Source of the DNA: a virus
IMG/VR virus record: IMGVR_UViG_3300016665_000747
Location: 1-56,326 of that record
Length of the DNA stretch: 56,326 bases
Strand: one strand, 5' to 3'
The first letter of the stretch is position 1, and each line of letters opens with the position of its first letter. The translations under genes were made by a program, and so were the position numbers. Of this stretch, positions 35,464-42,937 are shown one piece after another. A model generated the notes under the pieces. The model was not told where the DNA came from, did not search any database, and worked only from the letters and a program-made list of their open reading frames with translations.

Positions 35464-36075
35464 TTAAAGTTTTAGACGTTTAGTTGCACGCTCTCGCAGT
35501 TCGCCTGTAGGACTGACGTACTGATATAGTGTATTTCTCGTGATCTTCAGCTCTTTGCACAGATCACCTACGGAAGTATCACGATTTTTCATAGCTACTT
35601 CGGCAAGGCGTACTTGTGCCTTACTTAACCTAAATTTTCTTCCGCCGTTTGTTCCTCTAGCTCTAGCAGCGGCAAGCCCTGCTTTGATTCTTTCGCTAAT
35701 TAAATCGCTTTCAAACTCTGCGAGCGAGGCAAATATTCCAAAGGTCAATCTTCCTGCGGCAGTAGTTGTATCAATTTGAGCACCTTGCCCTGATAAAATG
35801 CGAAAACCTATATTACGCTTAGTAAGATCGGTGATCGTTTTAACTAGGTGTGACAGATTACGACCTAATCTATCTAATTTCCAGACTACTAAGACGTCAT
35901 GTTCCCGAAGAGATTTTAGGCAAGCTTCCAATCCCGGTCTTTTGTCATTTCTTCCTGAGGCATAATCTTCGTAGATGTACTCTTGTTGAACTCCGTGTGC
36001 TTTTAAAGCATCCAGTTGGAGATTTGTTGTTTGAGAGCCGTCTGCCTTTGAAACTCTTACATATCCTACTAGCAT
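35464..36075 (-). CDS. Small serine recombinase (TnpR/Hin-type resolvase/invertase)
   Basis: N-terminal GYVRVSKADGSQ (catalytic Ser), then VVWKLDRLGRN, GIFASLAEFE and a C-terminal HTH (GDLCKELKITRNTLYQYV). At 203 aa it is resolvase-sized. Confidence 0.9.
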   Translation of the reverse strand: MLVGYVRVSKADGSQTTNLQLDALKAHGVQQEYIYEDYASGRNDKRPGLEACLKSLREHDVLVVWKLDRLGRNLSHLVKTITDLTKRNIGFRILSGQGAQIDTTTAAGRLTFGIFASLAEFESDLISERIKAGLAAARARGTNGGRKFRLSKAQVRLAEVAMKNRDTSVGDLCKELKITRNTLYQYVSPTGELRERATKRLKL

Positions 36076-36134
36076 TATATTTTGTAATTTTTCACCTGTT
36101 TAAGTAACAACATCATTAAAACCTAATTTTTAAA

Positions 36135-36160
36135 AAGTTATATCACCTATTATATAACTT
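36135..36160. promoter_or_regulatory. Inverted repeat AAGTTATAT-N8-ATATAACTT, candidate res subsite/operator
   Basis: Perfect 9-bp arms 60-85 nt upstream of the resolvase start codon. Confidence 0.4.
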
Positions 36161-36293
36161 ATTCATAGTATCGTAAACTACTTATTTAATAAGTGACAAA
36201 TTATATAAAATTACGGACTTGTACGTTTTTCTTTATTTTTTTTGTAAATTCTCCAATGCCTGAGTTAATATGGCGATAAAGGCATTTTTTGCA

Positions 36294-36468
36294 GAAAAAC
36301 GCAGGAAAAACGCGCGTTTTAAATGAAAACGCACTTGACCTCTGTTTATGAGATTTCGGAATTAAGAAAATCGCAACTTTTCCTTATTGACACTCGCAAA
36401 GCCTTATTACATAAGGGTTACAGGTTGCAGAATTGAGAAAATCGCAGCGAACTACACTAAATCGCAAA
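36294..36468. repeat. Six dispersed direct copies of GAAAA(A/T)CGCA-like motif (iteron-like array)
   Basis: gaaaaacgca (36294), gaaaaacgcg (36305), gaaaacgca (36325), gaaaatcgca (36366), gaaaatcgca (36437) and taaatcgca (36459), in a locally GC-richer non-coding stretch. Confidence 0.6.
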
Positions 36469-36554
36469 AAAAGTCAAAAAATGAATTTTGTTTCTTGGGA
36501 ATGAAATTTATTCTTTTACCAGTAAAACCAGTCTACATATAGTGTAGAGGATAG

Positions 36555-36585
36555 CCGAAAATCTCATATTCGACACCGAAAATCT
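36555..36585. repeat. Two direct copies of CCGAAAATCT spaced 21 bp
   Basis: Copies at 36555-36564 and 36576-36585. An inverted near-copy (agatttcgg) lies at 36351-36359. Confidence 0.6.
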
Positions 36586-36682
36586 TTTGTTCGCTCACAC
36601 TTTTTAGAAAAACGTATTAGAATTGTCCCCCCTTAAATATTTTTACAGTTGGTGGTGGTAAATGTGGCAAAAAATCCTCATT

Positions 36683-36691
36683 CCCCCCCCC
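36683..36691. repeat. Homopolymer C9 (with a C6 at 36627-36632)
   Basis: Counted directly. Both tracts are followed by similar AT-rich strings (ccttaaatattttta / ccgcaattttta). Such tracts are unusual in this AT-rich replicon. Confidence 0.85.
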
Positions 36692-36935
36692 GCAATTTTT
36701 AGATACCACAACAACAAATTAAATTCTCAAAATATTTATTTTACTTAAGATCGAGAGTTGACAGGGCTTTGTCTATTAGCTAGCGTTAAATGGCTAATGG
36801 TGACTGAAATCACTGTAATAAGCGTCCTCCTCATGCTGGGGGTTATGTTATCTATAAGTGCCTCTGGCATGAAGGATATCATTGGTTTATTACGACTATT
36901 TCAGAGCCCCTGGCACTTATCAATTAAACATGTAA

Positions 36936-37232
36936 TTGTATATGCAAGAACAAATTTTTTGGGAGGTGGTCTTATCCTCTCTTATATCTCAACTTCAAAA
37001 CATCGAAGCAACTTTAAAAAACCAAAATTTAAGCGTAAGTGAATACTCACAACAAAGCGACGATAAAGCTAAACTTGAGCTTTTACATGCACAGCTAAGG
37101 TCAACGGAGGTCTCATTTAATAGGATGGAAGATAAGCTACAAGATATGATTATTTACCTCTGTCGTGCAATGACTGTTAGTAAGGTTCACAAGCTTGACA
37201 ATTTACTGGGGGAAGATAGTTATGGACTTTGA
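36936..37232 (+). CDS. Hypothetical coiled-coil protein
   Basis: 98-aa ORF directly upstream of three small membrane-peptide ORFs. The start is uncertain. Confidence 0.35.
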   Translation: MYMQEQIFWEVVLSSLISQLQNIEATLKNQNLSVSEYSQQSDDKAKLELLHAQLRSTEVSFNRMEDKLQDMIIYLCRAMTVSKVHKLDNLLGEDSYGL

Positions 37233-37233
37233 G

Positions 37234-37356
37234 ATGTGGAATGATGAAGATAAAGTTCTTAGATGGCTTTCTAGATTTCTTATTCTTTTTTGTTTCATAG
37301 GAGGTCCAGGACTTGTAACTCTTTTTTTGTATCTTCTATATCATCATTTATTGTGA
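37234..37356 (+). CDS. Small hydrophobic peptide (40 aa), paralogue 1, not in the ORF track
   Basis: MWNDEDKVLRWLSRFLILFCFIGGPGLVTLFLYLLYHHLL. It starts 2 nt after the upstream stop. Confidence 0.4.
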   Translation: MWNDEDKVLRWLSRFLILFCFIGGPGLVTLFLYLLYHHLL

Positions 37357-37363
37357 TTTAGTT

Positions 37364-37474
37364 ATGAACTGGAATGATGATGACCCGTTTGTGAAATGGG
37401 TTACAAGAATTTATGTTACAGCGGTATCGGTTGGGATGCCGATGGCTTATTATTTGATATTGGGGGAGTTATGA
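37364..37474 (+). CDS. Small hydrophobic peptide (36 aa), paralogue 2, not in the ORF track
   Basis: MNWNDDDPFVKWVTRIYVTAVSVGMPMAYYLILGEL shares the WND(E/D)D..(L/V).W plus TM layout with 37234-37356. Confidence 0.4.
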   Translation: MNWNDDDPFVKWVTRIYVTAVSVGMPMAYYLILGEL

Positions 37475-37683
37475 AATTAAAAAATAAAATACAGCAAGAA
37501 GAAATAGAACTAGAAGAATATCGTAAGTTTCTTGATAAATGGATAAAACGACAGCAAAACGAGTTAAAAATTGAACTTTTTATTAAAAAACATGCTATAA
37601 AAATTGTTATAGCTGGTGGGGTTATATTTATCTTTATACTTTTTACCCTTTTTACCCTTGAAACAAGCGGATTTTTTAGATAG
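37471..37683 (+). CDS. Small coiled-coil plus C-terminal TM protein (70 aa)
   Basis: The internal ATG of track ORF 37396-37683 makes an ATGA overlap with the preceding peptide. Sequence MKLKNKIQQEEIELEEYRKF...IKIVIAGGVIFIFILFTLFTLE. Confidence 0.45.
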   Translation: MKLKNKIQQEEIELEEYRKFLDKWIKRQQNELKIELFIKKHAIKIVIAGGVIFIFILFTLFTLETSGFFR

Positions 37684-37750
37684 TTTTATTTTTTTAAGCG
37701 TACATACTCCTCGCCGTCTATTATCATGAGGTTAGTCATTTTTCAACTCA

Positions 37751-38596
37751 TCAATGATTGTAACGTGCCTTTTTGTAATATTCTTTATTCTCTTCAAGAA
37801 TGCGTAAAAAATATTGTTTTAAAGCATCTTCTTCTTGCTGTATTTTATCAGCTAATTCTTTGTTTTCCGAGACTCTGACTTGTTCTTCTCTCTGTCTTCT
37901 AAGTTCGATATCTTTAGAAAGAGCGTTTTTATATTCAGGAAGTAAATTACACTGTCCATCTTTCCAATAATAGTAGTAATAATAACTAGGTCGCTGATTA
38001 TCACCAAAGCTTGACTTGGTAGATATTACGTTATTTTGGTAATATTCTTCGTCTAAATCTGTACATTTAGATATACACCCAGTCTTTCTTAATCCATTGC
38101 CACTATTTTGATAAATAAATGTGTCTAAAAGATGTAATCTTTTTTCATTAATAACACCTTTTTCATCTATAGCCTCCCCATTACATACCACTTCTACACA
38201 TGATCGTTTTAGCCAACTAGGTTCTGTGCCTAATGGACATTCTTTACCAATATAATATGTTCTAAGATAGGAATTAGCCATAGATATCCAAAATACTGAA
38301 CTAAGAAGAAGACAAAAGATGAAAACGCCAATTATAGTACGCAATTTTCTATCATTATCAAAAACAATCTTTTTCCATATTGAGCGGTTCTTCCATTCTT
38401 CCTCTTGTTTTTCGTACTCTTTTTCCTCTAGAAAATAACCTATCTCCTTATCAAGTTCATCAATAGTTGGTTTTAAATCACATTCAGAACAATAATCCCA
38501 TAACTGATTTACAATTGATTCAGACTCTTCCTTACTAAAGCCTTTGTTAATACAATATTCAAGAGCTTCTTCTTTATTTTTAAGAGACTTGTTCAT
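37751..38596 (-). CDS. Hypothetical single-pass membrane protein with Cys-rich domain
   Basis: 281 aa: acidic N-terminus, TM segment IIGVFIFCLLLSSVFWISMA, then spaced cysteines (ECPLG..SCVEVVCNG...GCISKC...DGQC). It overlaps the symporter gene by 17 nt. Confidence 0.5.
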   Translation of the reverse strand: MNKSLKNKEEALEYCINKGFSKEESESIVNQLWDYCSECDLKPTIDELDKEIGYFLEEKEYEKQEEEWKNRSIWKKIVFDNDRKLRTIIGVFIFCLLLSSVFWISMANSYLRTYYIGKECPLGTEPSWLKRSCVEVVCNGEAIDEKGVINEKRLHLLDTFIYQNSGNGLRKTGCISKCTDLDEEYYQNNVISTKSSFGDNQRPSYYYYYYWKDGQCNLLPEYKNALSKDIELRRQREEQVRVSENKELADKIQQEEDALKQYFLRILEENKEYYKKARYNH

Positions 38597-39965
38597 TGGA
38601 TTTTTTATCTATTAAGCGGTGGGTAGTAAATAATAAAAACGCATTTAATGTCATGGTAAAGATAAGTGGCTCAGTGTTATATAACACTTGCCATATAACC
38701 CAAAATAGAGCCGTAATACCCATAGATATAAGCACGCATTTTTCACTAATTTTGTAGTTAAATATAGCCATCATCAGAGGTATAGTAATTAGTGGCATAT
38801 AAAAACCATTTGTTAACATAATCAAGTCTAATAAATCATCTTTCAAAAACATAATTCCATAACCTAATAATCCTATTAATACCGTATACCATCTTGCATT
38901 TTGTAATTTTTTATAAGGACTCCAGACCTTTCTTTTATAGGTATCGTTTGCAAGCATAACTGCCGAGATGTTAATACATGAGTCAGCTGTAGACATTGCC
39001 ATGGATAATATTCCAACAACTATAAATGGTTTTAAAACACTAAAAAGGTTTAAAAATGTAGTTAATCTTTCTTTTTTCTCTATAGTCGGATTTATTAAAA
39101 ATAACTCATAAGCTATATAGCAACTTGCAAATATTGTAGCAAGAAAACCAACACAAGATATCATCCAACTCCATTGAATTTGTTTTGTATTAACTCCTAA
39201 CGAAATTCTTTGAAATTCAGCAGGATTTAAAGCGGGTATCATAAAATAAAAAAATAACCCTCCGATTGCTATCCACTCTTTTTTTGAATTATTAAAAACA
39301 GACATTATATTAAATTTAAAAAGATCATCGGTACTGATATTGGCTTTTGGTAATGTTTGGAGTAATATAATAGCTATTATAAAAGCTAGAACAAATATTA
39401 TTAATTGAGCAACATCTGTGTATACAACAGAACGTACCCCTCCTGAATAACAATAATATACTGTAAGACCCCCTAAAATAAAGCTAAACCAGTATGGGTT
39501 TACTATTGGCCAAAGATAATATGCTATATCACCTAACATTCTAAATTGTATAGCAATACATCCACTTAAACTAAATATTCCTACAATAGCTGTAATTACT
39601 CTAACTTTATCTCCATAATACTCTCCCATAAAACTTGCTACCGAAGTTTTTCCTAAAACTTTATTTGTTCTAGGTGCTACTTTTAATCCTACGAATAGGA
39701 TACCTATTATCATCCCTAAAGCAGGTAATAAAAAGCTCCAACCACTCTCATAAAAATTTTGCAAATCAATACGAAACCCACTGCCACTAACCCAAGTAGC
39801 TATAAGTGTGCATACTATTGCCACTGTAGAGAAATCCCTGTTTCCAATAGAAAACGTATAAACGCTACTCATGGGGTTTGTTTTATATTTTCCTATAACA
39901 AGAATTATAAGTGAAAAAACGACTAATATTGATGCATTAAATACATCCTCATTCATAAAACTCAT
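38580..39965 (-). CDS. Sodium:solute symporter family transporter
   Basis: 461 aa with about 12-13 hydrophobic segments and the SSF-type signature YSGGVRSVVYTDVAQLIIFV (GG....V.TD..Q). Confidence 0.7.
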   Translation of the reverse strand: MSFMNEDVFNASILVVFSLIILVIGKYKTNPMSSVYTFSIGNRDFSTVAIVCTLIATWVSGSGFRIDLQNFYESGWSFLLPALGMIIGILFVGLKVAPRTNKVLGKTSVASFMGEYYGDKVRVITAIVGIFSLSGCIAIQFRMLGDIAYYLWPIVNPYWFSFILGGLTVYYCYSGGVRSVVYTDVAQLIIFVLAFIIAIILLQTLPKANISTDDLFKFNIMSVFNNSKKEWIAIGGLFFYFMIPALNPAEFQRISLGVNTKQIQWSWMISCVGFLATIFASCYIAYELFLINPTIEKKERLTTFLNLFSVLKPFIVVGILSMAMSTADSCINISAVMLANDTYKRKVWSPYKKLQNARWYTVLIGLLGYGIMFLKDDLLDLIMLTNGFYMPLITIPLMMAIFNYKISEKCVLISMGITALFWVIWQVLYNTEPLIFTMTLNAFLLFTTHRLIDKKSNEQVS

Positions 39966-40049
39966 AATGTTTTTTTCTATTTATTAAACGATAAAATTCT
40001 TTACTTATCCACAATAAAACAGAAAAAGAACCAAAATACAAAAATAAAA

Positions 40050-40706
40050 TTGTTAAGTATAGTAAATATTCATTTTTATAATACTTTTATGCACAATAAG
40101 ATTTACATTTCCAGTTTAATCCCATCTCATATATTACAAAAATGTTTTTTTCATTTAGGACTAAATCCTACAAAAATTCTACTTTGTAATACAATTTATC
40201 ATTTTATTAATTGTGGTCATGAAATAAACCCTCAAAACTTGGCAGAAGAGATTAAACTAAATTTAAAAACCATCTACGAAAATCTTAACTTGATAGAAAC
40301 AGGTTTTATTTTTCAAAAAATTATAAAAGATTGCAACAAGGAAGAATGGATATCTTTATTTCCTAACAATAAATACTGTATAGCCAAAAAGGGCTATATA
40401 GGAAAAAATAAAAGATTTATAAATTTTTATTTTCAAATTCCTGCTACTAAAATAGTAATTCAATTTTATTTACCTATTTCCATAACTGAATTTAATCATT
40501 TTACTGAAATTAATGATAACGAATATTATTTAATCAACTATGAATCTCCAGAGATACTTGAATATTTACCAAAGTTAGAGTTAATAACAATCCAAGCATA
40601 TAGTATTTTAGACATAATTCCCATCAGAAATTTAGGTTTTAACATTAATGATCAAGGGCGACCTTACTTAATTAACAACAATTCTATAATTAAGGAGGAA
40701 AAATGA
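40050..40706 (+). CDS. Hypothetical protein
   Basis: 218-aa ORF with a TTG start (an ATG at 40089 is possible). Very AT-rich. Confidence 0.4.
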   Translation: MLSIVNIHFYNTFMHNKIYISSLIPSHILQKCFFHLGLNPTKILLCNTIYHFINCGHEINPQNLAEEIKLNLKTIYENLNLIETGFIFQKIIKDCNKEEWISLFPNNKYCIAKKGYIGKNKRFINFYFQIPATKIVIQFYLPISITEFNHFTEINDNEYYLINYESPEILEYLPKLELITIQAYSILDIIPIRNLGFNINDQGRPYLINNNSIIKEEK

Positions 40707-40858
40707 CCCCTCTCTTCTCTCACCTTCTCTCTAAAATCCGCCGTTTACTAGCCTCAAGAGCCGAGTGTAAGCGCATTCGAGTAATAAGGGAAGCTCTGCG
40801 GAGTTATGCAAGCAAACGGGGAATTAATCTAAATAATAATAGCAAAGGTAGCTTATGA
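40703..40858 (+). CDS. Small basic ORF (51 aa), not in the ORF track
   Basis: ATGA overlaps at both ends. Sequence MTPLFSHLLSKIRRLLASRAECKRIRVIREALRSYASKRG.... Confidence 0.3.
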   Translation: MTPLFSHLLSKIRRLLASRAECKRIRVIREALRSYASKRGINLNNNSKGSL

Positions 40859-41016
40859 CTCCACAAAGACAGGAAGATATCAAAACGATAGCATCTCGCA
40901 TACGTAGGACTTTAAAGGGAACGGGTGGTTTAACTTATACAAACTTTACTGATGATTTAGATACTTTGTTGAACTTAATCTTAGAAGAGGGAAAGGATGA
41001 GTCAGTTATTAATTAA
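40855..41016 (+). CDS. Small ORF (53 aa), not in the ORF track
   Basis: MTPQRQEDIKTIASRIRRTLKGTGGLTYTNFTDDLDTLLNLILEEGKDESVIN. It overlaps the start of the ParB/MTase gene by 20 nt. Confidence 0.3.
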   Translation: MTPQRQEDIKTIASRIRRTLKGTGGLTYTNFTDDLDTLLNLILEEGKDESVIN

Positions 41017-42115
41017 TCCAGAATTTCAAAATCTTATTCCAACTTTAAACCTAGAGGAATTAAGTTCGTTAGAAGCTAGCCTTAAGCATGAAGGTTGCCG
41101 TGATCCGCTGGTGGTATGGCACAATACTATAATAGATGGACACCATAGATATGCTATTTGTACTAAGCACGGCATAAGCTTCAACATAATAGAAAAGACG
41201 GAGCTAGAAACCGAGCTGGACGTAAAGCTATGGATGATCAACAACCAGTTTAGCAGAAGGAATTTGCCTACTGAAACTAGGCTAGCACTTGCTTATAGGT
41301 TTAAGGAGTTTGAGGCTCAGAAAGCAAAAGAGCGACAAGGGACAAGAAATGATCTTACCATAGAAGATACCAACATTAGGTTACCAGTAACCTTAAGTAA
41401 CAATCCAGAAAATAACAAAACATTAGAAGTGATAGCTCAAAAAGCTGGTGTTTGCTATAGCACTGCTTTCCAATACGACGCTATTCAACGTAAAGGAACT
41501 GAGGAACAAAAAGCCGAAGTTGCAGAAGGTAAGGCAAGTATTAAGAAAGTCTATACTCAAATACAGAAAGCCGAGCGTTTAGAGAAGAATAAGGCAGCAG
41601 AGTGGCCAAAGGGTAAGTACCGAGTTATATACGTAGACCCACCATGGCAATACGGGGATGAGAGATCGGGAGGTAACCACGGCGGGGCAGTAGACCATTA
41701 TAATACGATGGGCATAAATGAACTAAAAAATATGCCCATAGCTTCTTTAGCTGAAGATAATGCTGTTTTATTTCTATGGGCTACCGCTCCCCTGCTACCC
41801 GAGGCACTAGAGCTAATAAATGCTTGGGGCTTCAAGTATAAGACTAATTTTATATGGGATAAAGTTAAACATAATATGGGGCATTACAATTCGGTTCGCC
41901 ATGAATTGCTATTAATAGCTACTAAGGGAAGCTGCACGCCTGATAATGTTCAATTATTTGACTCTGTACAAAGTATTGAAAGAACCGATCGCCATTCCGA
42001 GAAACCCGAAGAGTTTAGAAAGATAATTGAAACGCTATACACTTTCGGTAACAAGCTTGAAATGTTTGCTCGGAAGTCGGTAGAAGGTTGGGAGGTGTTT
42101 GGTAATGAACTTTGA
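40997..42115 (+). CDS. ParB-like nuclease domain fused to MT-A70-family DNA adenine methyltransferase
   Basis: N-terminal ParB-type motif DPLVVWHNTIIDGHHRY. The C-terminus has YRVIYVDPPWQY (the DPPW catalytic motif) and LFLWAT. Confidence 0.85.
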   Translation: MSQLLINPEFQNLIPTLNLEELSSLEASLKHEGCRDPLVVWHNTIIDGHHRYAICTKHGISFNIIEKTELETELDVKLWMINNQFSRRNLPTETRLALAYRFKEFEAQKAKERQGTRNDLTIEDTNIRLPVTLSNNPENNKTLEVIAQKAGVCYSTAFQYDAIQRKGTEEQKAEVAEGKASIKKVYTQIQKAERLEKNKAAEWPKGKYRVIYVDPPWQYGDERSGGNHGGAVDHYNTMGINELKNMPIASLAEDNAVLFLWATAPLLPEALELINAWGFKYKTNFIWDKVKHNMGHYNSVRHELLLIATKGSCTPDNVQLFDSVQSIERTDRHSEKPEEFRKIIETLYTFGNKLEMFARKSVEGWEVFGNEL

Positions 42116-42596
42116 TTACAAAGAAAATTATAAGAAACAACTCGAGGAAGGGCAAAGATTTCAGGATCATTGTGCATATTGGCTACAAAAGATACTGAAT
42201 ATTGGAATAGTTAATTTTCAGACAAAAGAGTACCAGTACAAGTTCGGTGAAAATATGCAGGGAATAGAGTTTAAGCTAGATAAAGTCTTTCAAACTACTG
42301 GTAACTTGTGGATAGAAACTGCTGAAAGAAATGACCCTGATACTCCATATTCGGATAGTGGAATATTTAGGAAAGATAACTCATGGCTGTACTGCATAGG
42401 TAACTATGACGTTCTCTATATATTTCAGACAAATATACTTATTGGTATGTGTTGGTCTGGACGTTACCCGATCATAGAAAATAATGTAATGACTTCAAAG
42501 GGTTTTTTATTACCCAAACACGAGGCCGATAAATATGGCAAAAAAATAGCAACGAAGATTGTAGTTAATGAAACCGCGGAGGGAAAAAGTGAGTAA
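42105..42596 (+). CDS. Hypothetical protein, possible PD-(D/E)XK-like nuclease
   Basis: The ATG at 42105 is preceded by ggagg and overlaps the methyltransferase gene by 11 nt. The motif region GIEFKLDKVFQTTGNLWIETAE suggests an E-x-K type site. The functional call is weak. Confidence 0.3.
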   Translation: MNFDYKENYKKQLEEGQRFQDHCAYWLQKILNIGIVNFQTKEYQYKFGENMQGIEFKLDKVFQTTGNLWIETAERNDPDTPYSDSGIFRKDNSWLYCIGNYDVLYIFQTNILIGMCWSGRYPIIENNVMTSKGFLLPKHEADKYGKKIATKIVVNETAEGKSE

Positions 42597-42933
42597 CGCA
42601 GCTAACGTATCACTGAATAAACAGGATATCGATAAAGCAATAAGTATAGTTTACAACCAATTGCAGACTAATTTTGAAGGCGGTTACAAACTACTTACTA
42701 AGTATGCCAAAGATTCTGAATGCTTTAGTCAATTAAAAGCAAGATTAAATATTGTTTATGGGTCGCTCGGTGTACTGAAAGAAATTTCAGAAGAGGAAGA
42801 TATAAACAAAAGAGCGCAAAGGTTTTGCGGGTTAGTAACAATGTTAGAAGAGACTAAAAACGAAGATTTAAAATATTTAGCTCTATCGTTGGATTTTTTA
42901 AAGAACATAGATTGCAAAATGGGGGAGGCTTAA
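42568..42933 (+). CDS. Hypothetical protein
   Basis: 121-aa ORF. A GTG at 42589 preceded by ggaggg is a likelier start. Confidence 0.45.
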   Translation: MKPRREKVSNAANVSLNKQDIDKAISIVYNQLQTNFEGGYKLLTKYAKDSECFSQLKARLNIVYGSLGVLKEISEEEDINKRAQRFCGLVTMLEETKNEDLKYLALSLDFLKNIDCKMGEA

Positions 42934-42937
42934 AATT

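Noticed and set aside
35540-36107. Plus-strand ORFs 35540-35779 and 35850-36107
   Set aside because: They are antisense to the resolvase gene, whose catalytic and HTH motifs are unambiguous.
36758-37042. ORF 36758-37042 (TTG start, hydrophobic)
   Set aside because: It has a non-ATG start and no RBS, and it overlaps ORF 36936-37232 in another frame. The TTGACA at its start looks more like a -35 box. I cannot exclude it, but support is weak.
40005-40013. Perfect DnaA box TTATCCACA between the symporter gene and ORF 40050
   Set aside because: It is a single 9-mer. One chance occurrence in about 112 kb of two-strand sequence is not surprising, and I saw no cluster of boxes nearby.
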